A stretch of 62,245 nt of DNA, counting the filler, from Basidiobolus ranarum (Eukaryota): assembly GCA_040143965.1 (NCBI GenBank). It is 24 parts of 24 records of this genome, joined end to end, with 100 filler letters (N's around TTAATTAATTAA, not from the genome) between each part and the next. Parts side by side here need not be neighbours in the genome. Positions count along the whole stretch, not along the records: positions 23,447 to 25,947 come from JASJQH010010143.1; positions 26,048 to 28,547 come from JASJQH010010144.1; positions 28,648 to 31,145 come from JASJQH010010145.1; positions 31,246 to 33,741 come from JASJQH010010146.1; positions 33,842 to 36,337 come from JASJQH010010147.1; 19 more parts are not named here. One strand, written 5' to 3'. Shown here piece after piece: positions 23,582 through 35,386 of this stretch (its first letter is position 1; the number at the start of each line of letters is the position of its first letter). The notes below the pieces were generated by a model that did no database searches, was not told the origin of the DNA, and was given only the letters and a program-made list of their open reading frames with translations. A program made the position numbers and the translations under genes.

Positions 23582-24404
23582 GTTGATATTAGATTGATAT
23601 GATTTGGAGGCAGTTGATTATAATAATAATGGTGATAACTGACTGCGTTTTTATACTAGTTCAATTCGATACGAATTTATTTTGTCAATGTATATTTCGC
23701 AGATCATGTCATATGAGCTACGTTTTGATTTCGTCACCCTAATTACCTCATAGCTGAGTTTGGCTTCAAAAGTATTCATCCTAATATGGTATAATCTCAA
23801 GTCTATTGTCAACAAGTTCATTATCACTTTAATGAGTACCGTTGTGTATACAAAAAGCAATTGTATGAAGTCAGATACATATCAACTAGTCTTAGTGCTA
23901 GTGGAATCCTCGATATATATTTTGATTTAAATAAAACAAATTATAACGTGACCATCGTTTGTATTTTTCTCGTGTTTTCTATAATTGTTAACTATTACCA
24001 CTGTGACCACTCTTAAAGAATACTCTGGTACTTTGACGCACTAATACTTTCACTATCTCATATGTAATCTCAGGACCGATCAAATCTGGAAACAACTATC
24101 AGCTATAGGAGTAATTATTATGATTCGCATACAGAGTATGTAGAAGCTCTATGCTTTATATTGCTTCAAAATAAGTTTGAATTTTTTTAAAAATAAACCA
24201 GCTTTCAACGTACCCGCGTAAAATATCATAACACCTTATCTGTAATAAAACCAAAATTGACAGTCCACATAGAAGGTGACAAGTCAAATACTGAGTCAAG
24301 CGTGTTTATTTCAAACAAAGCTTATTTTACTATTTAACAAAAAATGGAGATGGTATACATGAGAAGATTTAGCTGACGGTATATTGTTCGGAGAGGTAAA
24401 TCTA

Positions 24405-24881
24405 TTAAAATACTCTTCCGTTATAAGCCACATTCTGTTGTGCATCACCATGTACTCGTTGTGAAGCTCCATTGAGCTCCATGGATGGGTTACCAGTACT
24501 GGTTGAATGGCCATGAAGAACGTCTGCTTTCGTGCCCGTATCGGCAATATTTGTGGCTGCTGAAGTACGACTACTCACCGGATGAGTACCACATAAGCTA
24601 GCTCCAATGACTCCAGTTCTAGTATGCTAAGTGTTAGTTAAACCGGTTCCAGTATGGTAAGTACCAGTAACCCTGGTGCCAGTGTGATATTTGTCGGTAT
24701 TATCAGCGCCCACTCTATCAGTTGGAGCATTTGACTTGCCATCGTACTGGGCATTTCCACACTAATGTTCAGCCTTACCTATAGCAGTTAAGAGTGGGTT
24801 GTTAGTAGCATCAAAAACGTTTTGTTCGGTTGCATCTTCGGCTGAGTGAGCATTGTCTGGACGTTTTTGTTCACCAGCCAT
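24405..24881 (-). pseudogene. Pseudogenised tandem paralogue of the CsbD-repeat gene at 25224-25946
   Basis: MAGEQKRPDNAHSAEDATEQNVFDATNNPLLTAIGKAEH*...TGNPSMELNGASQRVHGDAQQNVAY. It has two in-frame TAG stops and an internal deletion. The 3' flank is also homologous to the neighbour's. Confidence 0.8.
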
Positions 24882-25223
24882 CTTTTTTTGCACGGCAGCT
24901 ATCTTTTGTTACTCAATTTCTATTGTTGTTGAACTTGTGATTGAGATACATTGATTCGGGAATATATATTCGTTCACTACCTTTATAGTGTGTTTCAGTC
25001 ATCTACGCAACAATAAACCAAACATAATTTAAATATCAGGCACTACCGTAACACTCTCTTTGTCAATTTGGCATTTCAAATGTAGTAGATCACTGCATGC
25101 ACTGTGGACATAGTCAAATGAGTTATTATAAATGAATATTTATTATACTATTTAACAAAGGGTGCAAGTGATATACATGAGGAGTGGTTAACTGACTGTA
25201 TGTTATTTGGTCAAGTAAATATA

Positions 25224-25946
25224 TTACAATCCTCTGTTGCTATAAGCTGCGTTCTGTTGTGCATCACCATGTACTCGTTGTGAAGCTCCATTGAGCTCCA
25301 TGGATGGGTTACCAGTGGCATAACCGACATTTTGCTTCACCGCACCAGTAGCAGCATTAGTAGTTCCTGTGACAGCTCCTGGTTGATTCTTAGCCACATG
25401 CTCTTGTAGATGGCCTTCTTGACGTTGGCCTGCACCTTGAACTTCAATAGATGGCTTGTTGAAGGTACTTCCGACACTCTGCTTCATTGCTCCTACGGCT
25501 TGATCCTTCTTGGCTGACATGGTCGAAGGCTTTTCCCCAGACACATTGTGATAAGGATCATTGCTGGTAGCAGTACCAGTGGAAATTGGACTAGTAGTTT
25601 GATGAGTTGTGGGGTGACTTGTGCTTGTTGAATGGCTATGAAGAGGATCAGCTCCGACGTAGCCAGTTCCTGTAGTATTTGTGGTTCCAGGAATATGGCT
25701 GTTACCAGCATTAGTACCAGCTAAGCCAGCACCAGTAACTCCAGCGCCTGTATGATGAGTACCGGTAACACCAGTTCCGGTATGATGGGTGCCGGCAATA
25801 CCAGCGCCTACTCTATCACTTGGATCATTTAACTTCCCAGCATTGTGCTGAGCATTTCCATGATAGCGTTCGGCTCCACCCTCAGCAGCTAGGTGTGGGT
25901 TGTTGGTAGCCTCACCAATGTTTTGTTTGGCTGTACCCTTGGCTGA
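25224..25946 (-). CDS. CsbD-repeat / LEA-like hydrophilin, 5'-truncated (at least 240 aa)
   Basis: The frame is open from the contig edge. Three CsbD-like modules (AKGTAKQNIGEATNNPHLAAEG; AVGAMKQSVGSTFNKPSIEVQG; ATGAVKQNVGYATGNPSMELNG) and GTHHTGxGV repeats. Confidence 0.82.
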   Translation of the reverse strand, partial: SAKGTAKQNIGEATNNPHLAAEGGAERYHGNAQHNAGKLNDPSDRVGAGIAGTHHTGTGVTGTHHTGAGVTGAGLAGTNAGNSHIPGTTNTTGTGYVGADPLHSHSTSTSHPTTHQTTSPISTGTATSNDPYHNVSGEKPSTMSAKKDQAVGAMKQSVGSTFNKPSIEVQGAGQRQEGHLQEHVAKNQPGAVTGTTNAATGAVKQNVGYATGNPSMELNGASQRVHGDAQQNAAYSNRGL

Positions 25947-26047
25947 GNNNNNNNNNNNNNNNNNNNNNNNNNNNNNNNNNNNNNNNNNNNNTTAATTAAT
26001 TAANNNNNNNNNNNNNNNNNNNNNNNNNNNNNNNNNNNNNNNNNNNN

Positions 26048-27324
26048 TATTCTCAATTGGAATTTACTTAGAATATTTTTACCAACTTAGAAGTTCTCAG
26101 ATATATAGATTTTTCAAAGAAGCCCCAAACTTTGCACACATGTTCCTGGGACCTTCCTGAACATATTCTACACATTAGTTTGTTTACATCTTGACAACAC
26201 TATAAATGTCAACTTTCTACTCAATAAATCAATAAGTGAAAACCACCAATTCCTCTAATTCTCCAAACCACTTCCAACAGGATCCCAAATACTTTTACTG
26301 AAGCAACAAAAGAAGCAATATGGTTGAGAAATTTCTTAACAGATTTGGGTTATTCTTGAAATTCACCAACTGCAATTTTACAAGATAATAAATGTTATAT
26401 CAAATTAGCTAAAAATCCCATGTTTCACAAGAGAAGCAAACATATAGATATTAGATATCACTTCATTAGAGAGACTATATAGAATAAGTTTATTGACTTC
26501 ACTTTTTGCTCTATGGAAGACATGATTGCTAATATATTAACCAAATCATTAGGTTGACAGAAATTTGAGAAATTTAGACCTTTGTTAGGATTTGTTTATA
26601 TGACTATTTAGTTGAGAGAGAGAATTGGAATTAGCATTGCCTAAGCACCTATATAGCATGTATAGCTTAGTACTTAGTTATCTTATTGTTCACTAAGATA
26701 TTTTCCATTATTCTTATGAGGAATTTACTTAGAGGTTCTCAGATGTACTGATTTTTTCAAACTTGTGCTAGAAGCCCAAAACTTTGCACATGTGTCCCTG
26801 GGACCTTCCTTAACACATTTGACATGCTAGTTTTCTTTCATTTTGATGAAACTATATACATCAACTTTCTACCCATTAAAGCAATAAGTGAAAGCCATCA
26901 ATTCATCTAATTCTCCAAACCACTTCCAACAGGCTCTGAAATACTTTAACAATATAACTATTTAGTCGAGGGAGAGTGTTGAAATTAGCATTGCCTAAGC
27001 ACCTATATAGTTATATATAGCTTAGTATTTAGTTATCTTATATTGAACCAAGATATTACCCCTAATTCTCAATCAGACTTGACTTGAAATATTTTTACCA
27101 ACTTTAATGTTCTGAGATATATGGATTTTTCAAACTTGTGCTAGAAGCCCCAAACTTTGTGCACATGCTTATGGGACCTTCCTTAGTACACTCTACATGC
27201 TAGTTTGCTTATATCTTGATAAAGCTATAAATTTCAACTTTCAACTCAATAAATCAATAAGTGAAAACCACCAATTTCTCTAATTCTCCAAACCATTAAC
27301 AAGAGGCACCCAAATATTTGAACA
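26048..27324 (+). mobile_element. Copia family B cluster: partial LTR (26048 to about 26297), RNase H fragment (about 26298-26610), PPT+LTR (26623-26951), PPT+LTR (26977-27324)
   Basis: EATKEAIWLRKFL...HKRSKHIDIRYHFIRE. PPT AGTCGAGGGAGAG precedes TGTTGAAATTAGCATTGCC...TACTTTAACA. Confidence 0.88.
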
Positions 27325-27731
27325 ACTCTATTATTATATGTTTATATTTTGTGCAGCACCTCTGGGAATAGGATTTTAGATGTAGGCTGCTGTATACCAA
27401 ATCTGTGATCTAATCCAATGATATATAGTTATGTAACTTGATAAGTCAGCTAAGGGAGTGCTTTCAGCGGGTGATTCCAATCAAGTATATCAAACTGAGT
27501 TATTGACCCATGCATTATCATCTATTAATTTATTAACGTATAGATTGATCTTAGACTATCCTACCGAGTTTTTACTTGAATGAATATCACAACTAGAGTG
27601 ATGGTAGTGTTGACACAATTACTTGTGTTTCGTTTATTCAAGTACATTACTCAACGGATGCACACAGTAATGTCACAACTTCACTTAGAGACTCTCTAGT
27701 CTCAGTAGACTAATGAGCAATATAAGCTGCA

Positions 27732-28003
27732 TTACAGGACAATACCATAATTACCACCAGCGTTACAGAACAATACCATCCTTACAACCAGTGTTACGGG
27801 GCAATACCATGTTTATGGGAATCGTTACAGGCGAATACCATCATTATAAGCATCATTACAGGATAATACAATCATTACAAGCAGTGTTACAGGACAATAC
27901 AATCATTACAAGCAGTGTTACAGGACAATACCATCATTACAAGCAGCATTACAGGACAATGCCATATTTACAAGCTTCATTATAGGGCAATGCCATGTTT
28001 ATT
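27732..28003. repeat. Tandem minisatellite, ~31-bp unit, about 9 copies
   Basis: Consensus TTACAGGACAATACCATCATTACAAGCAGTG, head-to-tail with no unique spacers. Confidence 0.9.
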
Positions 28004-28647
28004 TCCAATTATGAGTATTTTAAAATTTATATGGCTGAAAACTAAACAAATATCATAGTTAATCACAAGTGTAGTACAAATCTTACAAAATGCATAAATA
28101 CTTCAAATAGCATAATAAAATATGTCACATTTTGATTATGATAATTTTTATATTTTTTAATTTTTTTTTGATGAAAATATTCAGTTTTTATGAAATTCCT
28201 AGCCCTAACCCTTAAGGTATATAAGGTAAGATACTCCTCAAATGTTGGCATTTCAAACGTTTGTTGATTGGGATAAATTGATAAATATATTTTTGAATGG
28301 CTGTTCTCCAATTTCCTGATTAACAATCGCTCGCTTCTAGTTTTTCACATAACCCGCGGTCACTTCTATACTTCAGACAAAACCTTTCTTTCGTCTCTTC
28401 TCGGTCAACTTATTTCAATATGGAACCGGAAGTAAAATCCAAGAAGCCAGCGAGTACGTTTTAATTTGTTGAACCGGAAGTTCTTATACATATTATTTAC
28501 TGTATTTTATTTCAATAGACTCCGCTTTTAAGCAACAGAGTTTAAAGNNNNNNNNNNNNNNNNNNNNNNNNNNNNNNNNNNNNNNNNNNNNTTAATTAAT
28601 TAANNNNNNNNNNNNNNNNNNNNNNNNNNNNNNNNNNNNNNNNNNNN

Positions 28648-29657
28648 ACTAGCCGCGAGTAGTTTGAGGATGTGCACCACCATCATTGCTGTGTACGCGT
28701 CCAATCCGGAAGTTGGTTCATCCAGGAACAGGATTGAAGGGTCGGTTACCATCTCCATGGCAATGGCTGCTCTCTTCCTCTCTCCACCAGAAACTCCTTT
28801 CGTTGTTGCTGTCCCAATAATGGTATCTGCGGCTTTCTCCATCTGGAGTAAGGAGATAATCTCTTGGAGTTTAGCCTCTTGTTCCGACACACTCTTCATT
28901 GGTGAGCGTAGCTTGATCGACATCATGACAGCTTCTCGTACAGTCATTGTTCCAAGAATTAAGTCATCTTGGTGCACATATCCAGAGATCAATCGAACGG
29001 CTGACCCGGTCACTTTCCTTCCATTCACAAGGATGTCTCCACTGACATCTCCTTTGTTAGTAGCTCCAGCCTATTCAAAAATCGAACAATATTTAGCATC
29101 TCTATGATATATATGTTCTGTTTCTACAGTGGTGGCTGTGGTAAGTTATAGACGAATAGCACGATGCGAAGAAATCTTTGGTGGGCCAAATGAGATTGAT
29201 ATCATCTCACTCCTCCACAACTGACACCATCATCACTACCACCACTATCACAACTGTAGAAATAGTGACATTAGTAGTTCTATCCTAAATCTCACTCATA
29301 CTTACAAGAATATTGAGTAGACTTGTTTTTCCCGATCCACTAGGCCTATAGTTTAAAAGTAGAGGTATGCACCCCATACATTAGTATTCTGCATTTAGAA
29401 AAATGACATTGTCTGTTAGGTCAGTCAATCACTTACCCAAGGATTGCTGTCACTCGTCCTGGTTGAAATACTCCAGTGATCCCCTTCAAGATCACTTTGT
29501 CAGTCATTTGGGTCTTCGATAAGAAACCTGATTTCTTAGAAGTGTCTTTAATGGGAACTGAGTAAGTCAAATCCCTGAAGACAACTTGGACTGGCTCCGG
29601 CTTGGATAGACATTTCCCTGGCATGGACAGACTAGTATGTTGGTTTGATGAGACCAT
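28648..29657 (-). CDS. ABCG (White-like) ABC transporter, N-terminal nucleotide-binding domain; exons 29657-29437, 29345-29306, 29070 to contig end
   Basis: Spliced translation gives Walker A GPSGSGKT, Q-loop GYVHQDD, signature VSGGERKR and Walker B ILFLDEPTSGLD. Both introns are GTAAGT...TAG. Confidence 0.93.
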
Positions 29658-31245
29658 CGGTTTGCTATGATTGTTGAATCAATTAGATGAAATTAAATGA
29701 TAACTGAAGGAAGTATTATGCTCCCAGCTTATATAGTTTGGTCCAAGAGGTGCTCTTTACTGAGAACCTCGCATCAGATCGCTAACTTGGGGAAGTCTAC
29801 TCGATGGAGAAACGGATAAATGGACAAATGGACAAAATAAGCGTTTGCGTTCAACCACCAGTGCCAATCAAATTATTGCATAATATCAGTAATAGTAGAT
29901 CGATTTTGCATGCAATTGGTGTATAATATCAAAAAGAGTAAGATAACCTCCGTGATATTTTCAAAATTTAGTGCATCATTGGCCTAAATCAACCGACTGG
30001 AGAAAGGTCCGCAGCTTATAATATACAATTAACTTGGCCATAACCTGTTGAAAGAGTTTTATCAACTTGGATGGCCAAAGATACTCTAATGGCAGTTAGA
30101 GGAGGATCAGCAACGGAAACTTCCAACGTATTGATCTCTAGCTGCGTGTTTACATGTAAATTTTCTTCAATATAAAGATTTGTTCCTAACGATGGAGAAC
30201 GCTCTCCATACCTTGCCCATGCTCCTTCACAATCGTGATTTGATGTTAATATATCGAACAATTTGGAATCAATGAGGGATTGTTGTAATAGATCTGAGAT
30301 GCAAGATTCACCAAGTGTCACGTATGGAAATTAAGCACTAAATGATAAGTCCTGCCAACAAAAACCTTAACCTTAGTCGAATGAAACCGTGACTAAATAG
30401 ATGGTGTATATTTGTACAACTTTGGTTCAAAATAAAACTTCATCCAAACACCAACGAGTAATTATTATTATTACCCAATAATTTCAGTTCACTACGTCTT
30501 TTTTCGGACAACATTATGTCACTAGAATAATTCCAAATGGCTATTAGCTGAAGGAAGCTTCGATCATGATTACAAAAATGGATGGTAATGTTGTTAGCAA
30601 TATTTCAACTGATAATAATATAGGGATCAGACTTGGGATATACAGCATTGTTCTTGCCAGATGTGGCTCATCCTGTGGTAAACGTTTAGAGTTAAGAGTA
30701 TCGAACTATTTCACGTAAGAATCTATATTAGGCTTCTACAAGTGTAGTTTTCAAGTAGCAAGTCGATTCGGATGCCATGATAAATATATAGACATGGCGA
30801 TATCACAAGTATCATTATATCTGCATATTTTTACCGAAAGGATTTTCTGTTTACCTTGTTGCTAAAATACTTCGTTGCCTATCTCCTTCCCTGGTATAAA
30901 CAATGTCACCACCACCAACTAAAGGATTTCAGTTGTATTCATGAGACTATACAAATTAGAGCTAGTACAAGGATTATAGCTAATGCACTAAACATAGTAA
31001 TATTTATTCGTGTAATTAGTAGATACATGCAAATGGAATACAGATGAAGTCGTATGATAAAAATGAAGAATGCTGAATGCCATGAAAACGATTAAATAGA
31101 AATTACAGTATGCTTGACTTCTACTTCGTGTTTGCTTCCGAAGAGNNNNNNNNNNNNNNNNNNNNNNNNNNNNNNNNNNNNNNNNNNNNTTAATTAATTA
31201 ANNNNNNNNNNNNNNNNNNNNNNNNNNNNNNNNNNNNNNNNNNNN

Positions 31246-31737
31246 AAGGACGACAAGTACGTTCGTGACAGTTTCATCGCCCTATGGACCCTGTGGATGG
31301 TGTGGGCTCTACTTCAGTTAGCCAAATACTTCTTCACTTGGAACGACCGCAACCTTACTACTACTACTACGGGTCCAGTTATGCGTGAGCGGGTGGGTTC
31401 AACTGAGTCAGCCCATCCTGCCGTGGAAAGTCAGACACCCGCTCCTGTCACCACTGGTGCTACTACTTTGTCTGCTTTTGGTACCAAGGTAGCAAGGGCT
31501 GAAACATTAGCACGCAACCTATTCCTCACTCTCTTATGGGTATTGGTGGCCAGTACTCTAGGCTATGGCATCACTCGAGGCTCCATGATTGTTGCCTGGC
31601 TATACTTTGCCTTTGCGATTGTATGGATCGGGGTTGAGTTTGTTGTATCTCATCCAATCTCCAGGGTTAGTTTCGGAGTTGTGGAATTTGGATTTGCCTT
31701 AGCAATCATGGGTATTGCTTTCCACTTTGGATGGTAA
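31246..31737 (+). CDS. Uncharacterised ~4-TM membrane protein, 5'-truncated; paralogue of 33146-33601
   Basis: KDDKYVRDSFIALWTLWMVWALL...ARNLFLTLLWVLVASTLGYGITRGSMIVAWLYFAF...VEFGFALAIMGIAFHFGW. Confidence 0.85.
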   Translation, partial: KDDKYVRDSFIALWTLWMVWALLQLAKYFFTWNDRNLTTTTTGPVMRERVGSTESAHPAVESQTPAPVTTGATTLSAFGTKVARAETLARNLFLTLLWVLVASTLGYGITRGSMIVAWLYFAFAIVWIGVEFVVSHPISRVSFGVVEFGFALAIMGIAFHFGW

Positions 31738-33145
31738 ACTATACGATAGTACGGTCATCACTCAATCACCTTTGTAATACCATGTATAATTCCTTTAATT
31801 TTCCCTCAAATAATAAGAGTAATGTGAAGTTCTTCTGCAATCAAAGAACATGGAATTTGTGAATAAAATTTCTCCTAACTAATTTTTGGAGTAAACTCTT
31901 CATTTCATACCTATAACTGCATATTTTATGGTAAGAATATAGCATTATACCAGTCTTTATCTTCTAAAATGCTATTTGGCAGTGATAACGACATCAGTAC
32001 CAACCTTATTTGTCGTGTATTTGAAGTTATTTAATCTGATAGAGTCTAGGGTTTATTTTGATGTTTTTATGGCGGCGTTCGGCTATCAAGCTGCTTCCGA
32101 TATACGATATCGGCACCAATAGTTTTTGAAATAATATGAACCAAGGCACTGTTTGAAATATTTTACCATTATAAAACATTACTAGCATTACTTTAGATTA
32201 AAATCCTGGTGCAATGATCATCACTATACTTTATGAATGTACTTTCAGACAAGCAATCTTATATTGAAATTAATAATGGTGTTGCAATCTCCTATTCATT
32301 AAACTGGTTAATTTGAAGATGTTTGTCGATTGATGTGGCTAAACCACTAATAACGAACAATTATATTTGGTAGTCTGACCTGTGAGAATGTAGGTGATAT
32401 AGTATGGAGTGATATCATGCCATGGCAACCAACAGAAGTGGAGTACAGAGGAAAATGGTGTGGACAACTTCATTGATCCGAAATCACCTGGAGATGTACA
32501 ATATTCACAACTATATCATTATACTAACTGAAGCCGCACGAACTGTGTTATTAAGACTACATCTGCCCAAACACAAATGAGAGGATTACAACAATTGATT
32601 CAACCCCACTTACGGTTAAGAGTCAAACTATTACTCTAATAATATCCACCTCATCAGTGTCAACCAAGCTAGTGTCAGCATACTATCTTTCTATCAACTT
32701 CTTCGCAGTATTTATCACCCGAGCTGTAGGCTATAGCATCAATTGAGACTTGTCGGCTATTCGTGGTTTCCGCATCTTCACTTTGATATGTAGCGATAAC
32801 GAATTTACGAGGAAAAGTTCAATTTCTAGAATTTAATAAAAACATGTTGATGTACAGAAAATGCAAAACAAATACGATATGGATCAAAACGACGTTGTAC
32901 GAGTAACAATTAAAAAATTGCTACTGATATTCGGATCTTTGAGTTGTATTTAGCCTATACTCTGATCATAGCTAACTCTTTTGTATTATTGATTTGTAAG
33001 CTATCTAGAGCTGCCATTACCGTTGTTGACCATTTTTGGGTGTAAAATATTTATTTAATTAAAAGGAAGTGACTTAAATTTTACATATTAAAGGTACAGA
33101 ATACGGGACTACTATGGAAACATGCGCTTAGGTTCCCGAAGACGG

Positions 33146-33601
33146 CTACCAGCCTTTGCTAAATCCGATACCCATGACTGCTAAAGCTAGACCAAACTCG
33201 ACTAGACTAAATACTGAGTCAATGATGCCATTAGCTAGCACAAGATCTACTCCTACCCAGGTGACTCCGATAGCAAAGTAAATCCATGTCAGAATCATTG
33301 AGCCATGAGTGAGTCCAAGTCCAAGAGTACTGGCTGTCAACATCCAGATCATAGTGATGAAGAGATTACGTGCAACCTTTTGAGCTCGAGTGACGTTGCT
33401 TCTGGATCCAGTGTAGCGCTTAGTAGTTGTGGTTGTGTTGGTAGCAGGAGCGTCGTTGTGTGCTACGAATCCCATTCCATGGTCGGCAAGGAGCAGCAAA
33501 GCCCAGATGATCCAGAAGGTGAAGAGTGCAATGAATGAGCTGCGGACATTGGAGTTGTCAGCAAAACGTAGAGAGGCATACATTGGATTAGTAGCGTCCA
33601 T
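33146..33601 (-). CDS. Uncharacterised ~4-TM membrane protein (151 aa)
   Basis: Complete ORF that aligns by eye with 31246-31737 (VRxSFIAL, ARNLF, ASTLGxGxTxGSMI, VEFGxALAxMGIxFxxGW). Confidence 0.87.
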   Translation of the reverse strand: MDATNPMYASLRFADNSNVRSSFIALFTFWIIWALLLLADHGMGFVAHNDAPATNTTTTTKRYTGSRSNVTRAQKVARNLFITMIWMLTASTLGLGLTHGSMILTWIYFAIGVTWVGVDLVLANGIIDSVFSLVEFGLALAVMGIGFSKGW

Positions 33602-35075
33602 TTCAAGTAAGTTGTTTTAATTTGTGTACAATATTTGGAGTTTTCTTGATATTATACTTCTATATTGAAGGTAGATCTATTATTTATTTATAATTTTAAA
33701 CAGTTACTCGAATGTGTTTATGGTAATGCATATAAAATATANNNNNNNNNNNNNNNNNNNNNNNNNNNNNNNNNNNNNNNNNNNNTTAATTAATTAANNN
33801 NNNNNNNNNNNNNNNNNNNNNNNNNNNNNNNNNNNNNNNNNATTAGATCGGATTAGCCCTAATCACGGTGAAAGACTAAAGTTAAATTGCGAGCTCAACA
33901 AAGCGACTTGCTTAACATAACAGTATAGGTGAGTAAGATATCCACCAATGGATAGAGAGATTTGTTACGTAACTAAGAAATCGTTGAGAGTGTCCATTTG
34001 ACGCATTCTAGAGATAGAGTATAAACCACCTCCTTTTATTGAACGTGGTATGCGAATATAAATATATTTGTTTCTTATTGGGGACTAATATTAAGATGCA
34101 AAACATTTAGATATCAGCTAGATTAGGGGGGATTGTTCCCATGTGGTAAAAATTAAAGAGGTTGCCTGCATATTGAGAATCTTGGCAGTTAAAGGATTGC
34201 CGGAACTTTCCAATTTTAAGATAATAACGTACATATTACTCTACCGTAGCCATGTCTGTGATATGAGTGTATGTCATATCATAAAGCTGAACAATGCATT
34301 GAAGGTCATCGATTGGTATATTAAATCAAGTTTCATTACGTTTCAAATACACTTGGTTCTACATCTTCCCTCTTTTCATTTACACAATGGTTAGTTCATA
34401 TCTCCAGGTTTAAAATCGGAAGAGAGGTAAATTTAATCAATACTAACGGACCTATCTTTGTAGGCTTGGTCAGCTCAATACGATACATACAATATAACCA
34501 ACGAAGTACAAAATGAATCACCTGCTGAGATATACATGGTTCTTTAGTCACGCCACGGTACCCCAGAATTTTTCACCTAAAACCTGTGAAACCTGATACA
34601 CTACTGGGTATGGTAAAAGCAATACAATGAAGCTGGGAAATGTTGGTGAATTTGGAAATATAAATGGTGGTCATAAAAAAAGTATTGGTAAAAAACTGAA
34701 AAATGGTTGGTCAGATGTATTTTAGAAATTATCGCTTTCCTCTAATAAATAGAGAAACTTTAATTGAAGGTTATCTTACTTTGGAAGAGGTAAAAGAATA
34801 ATTCTGCTTTATTCCAATGCTAAATTTAGCTTTGCAATAGCCTCGATCTCTGAAAATTTCTAAAATAAATCTTTTCAAGAGCATTCATTGGAAGCAAGAG
34901 AACCTATTCGTTGAGTATAAATCTGCCTTCGTGGATCATAAGTCTTCTGTAACTGTTACTACATGGACAGAATATGCATTTTTACTGGCAACTTTATCAC
35001 CTCTTCATCTTTCTGTTTACATTCTCTGTATTATATATTTTACTTACATGACTAAAGAAAAGATAAGTGGTATAT

Positions 35076-35386
35076 TGTTAAAGTATTTTGGGAGCCTGTT
35101 GGAAGTGGTTTGGAGAATTATAGAAATTGGTGGCTTTCACTTATTGAGTTGAAAGTTGACATTTATACTTTTGTCAAGATGTAAACAAACTAACATGTAG
35201 AATGTGTTAAGGAAGGTCCCAGGAACATGTGTGCAAAGTTTGGGGCTTCTTTGAAAAATCTATATATCTGAGAACTAAGTAAATTCCTCTTGAGAATAAT
35301 GGGCAATATCTTAGTTCAATATTGGATAACTAAATACTAAGCTATATATGACTATATAGGTGTTTAGGCAATGCTTATCCCCAGCA
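35076..35386 (-). repeat. Copia family B solo LTR
   Basis: TGTTAAAGTATTTTGGGAGCCTGTTGG...GGCAATGCTTATCCCCAGCA, homologous to 26977-27324. No clean target-site duplication is visible. Confidence 0.85.

Noticed and set aside
27713-28003. Possible CRISPR array or 90-aa protein
   Set aside because: The units are head-to-tail with no unique spacers, no cas genes are present, the context is eukaryotic, and a 31-bp period does not preserve a reading frame.
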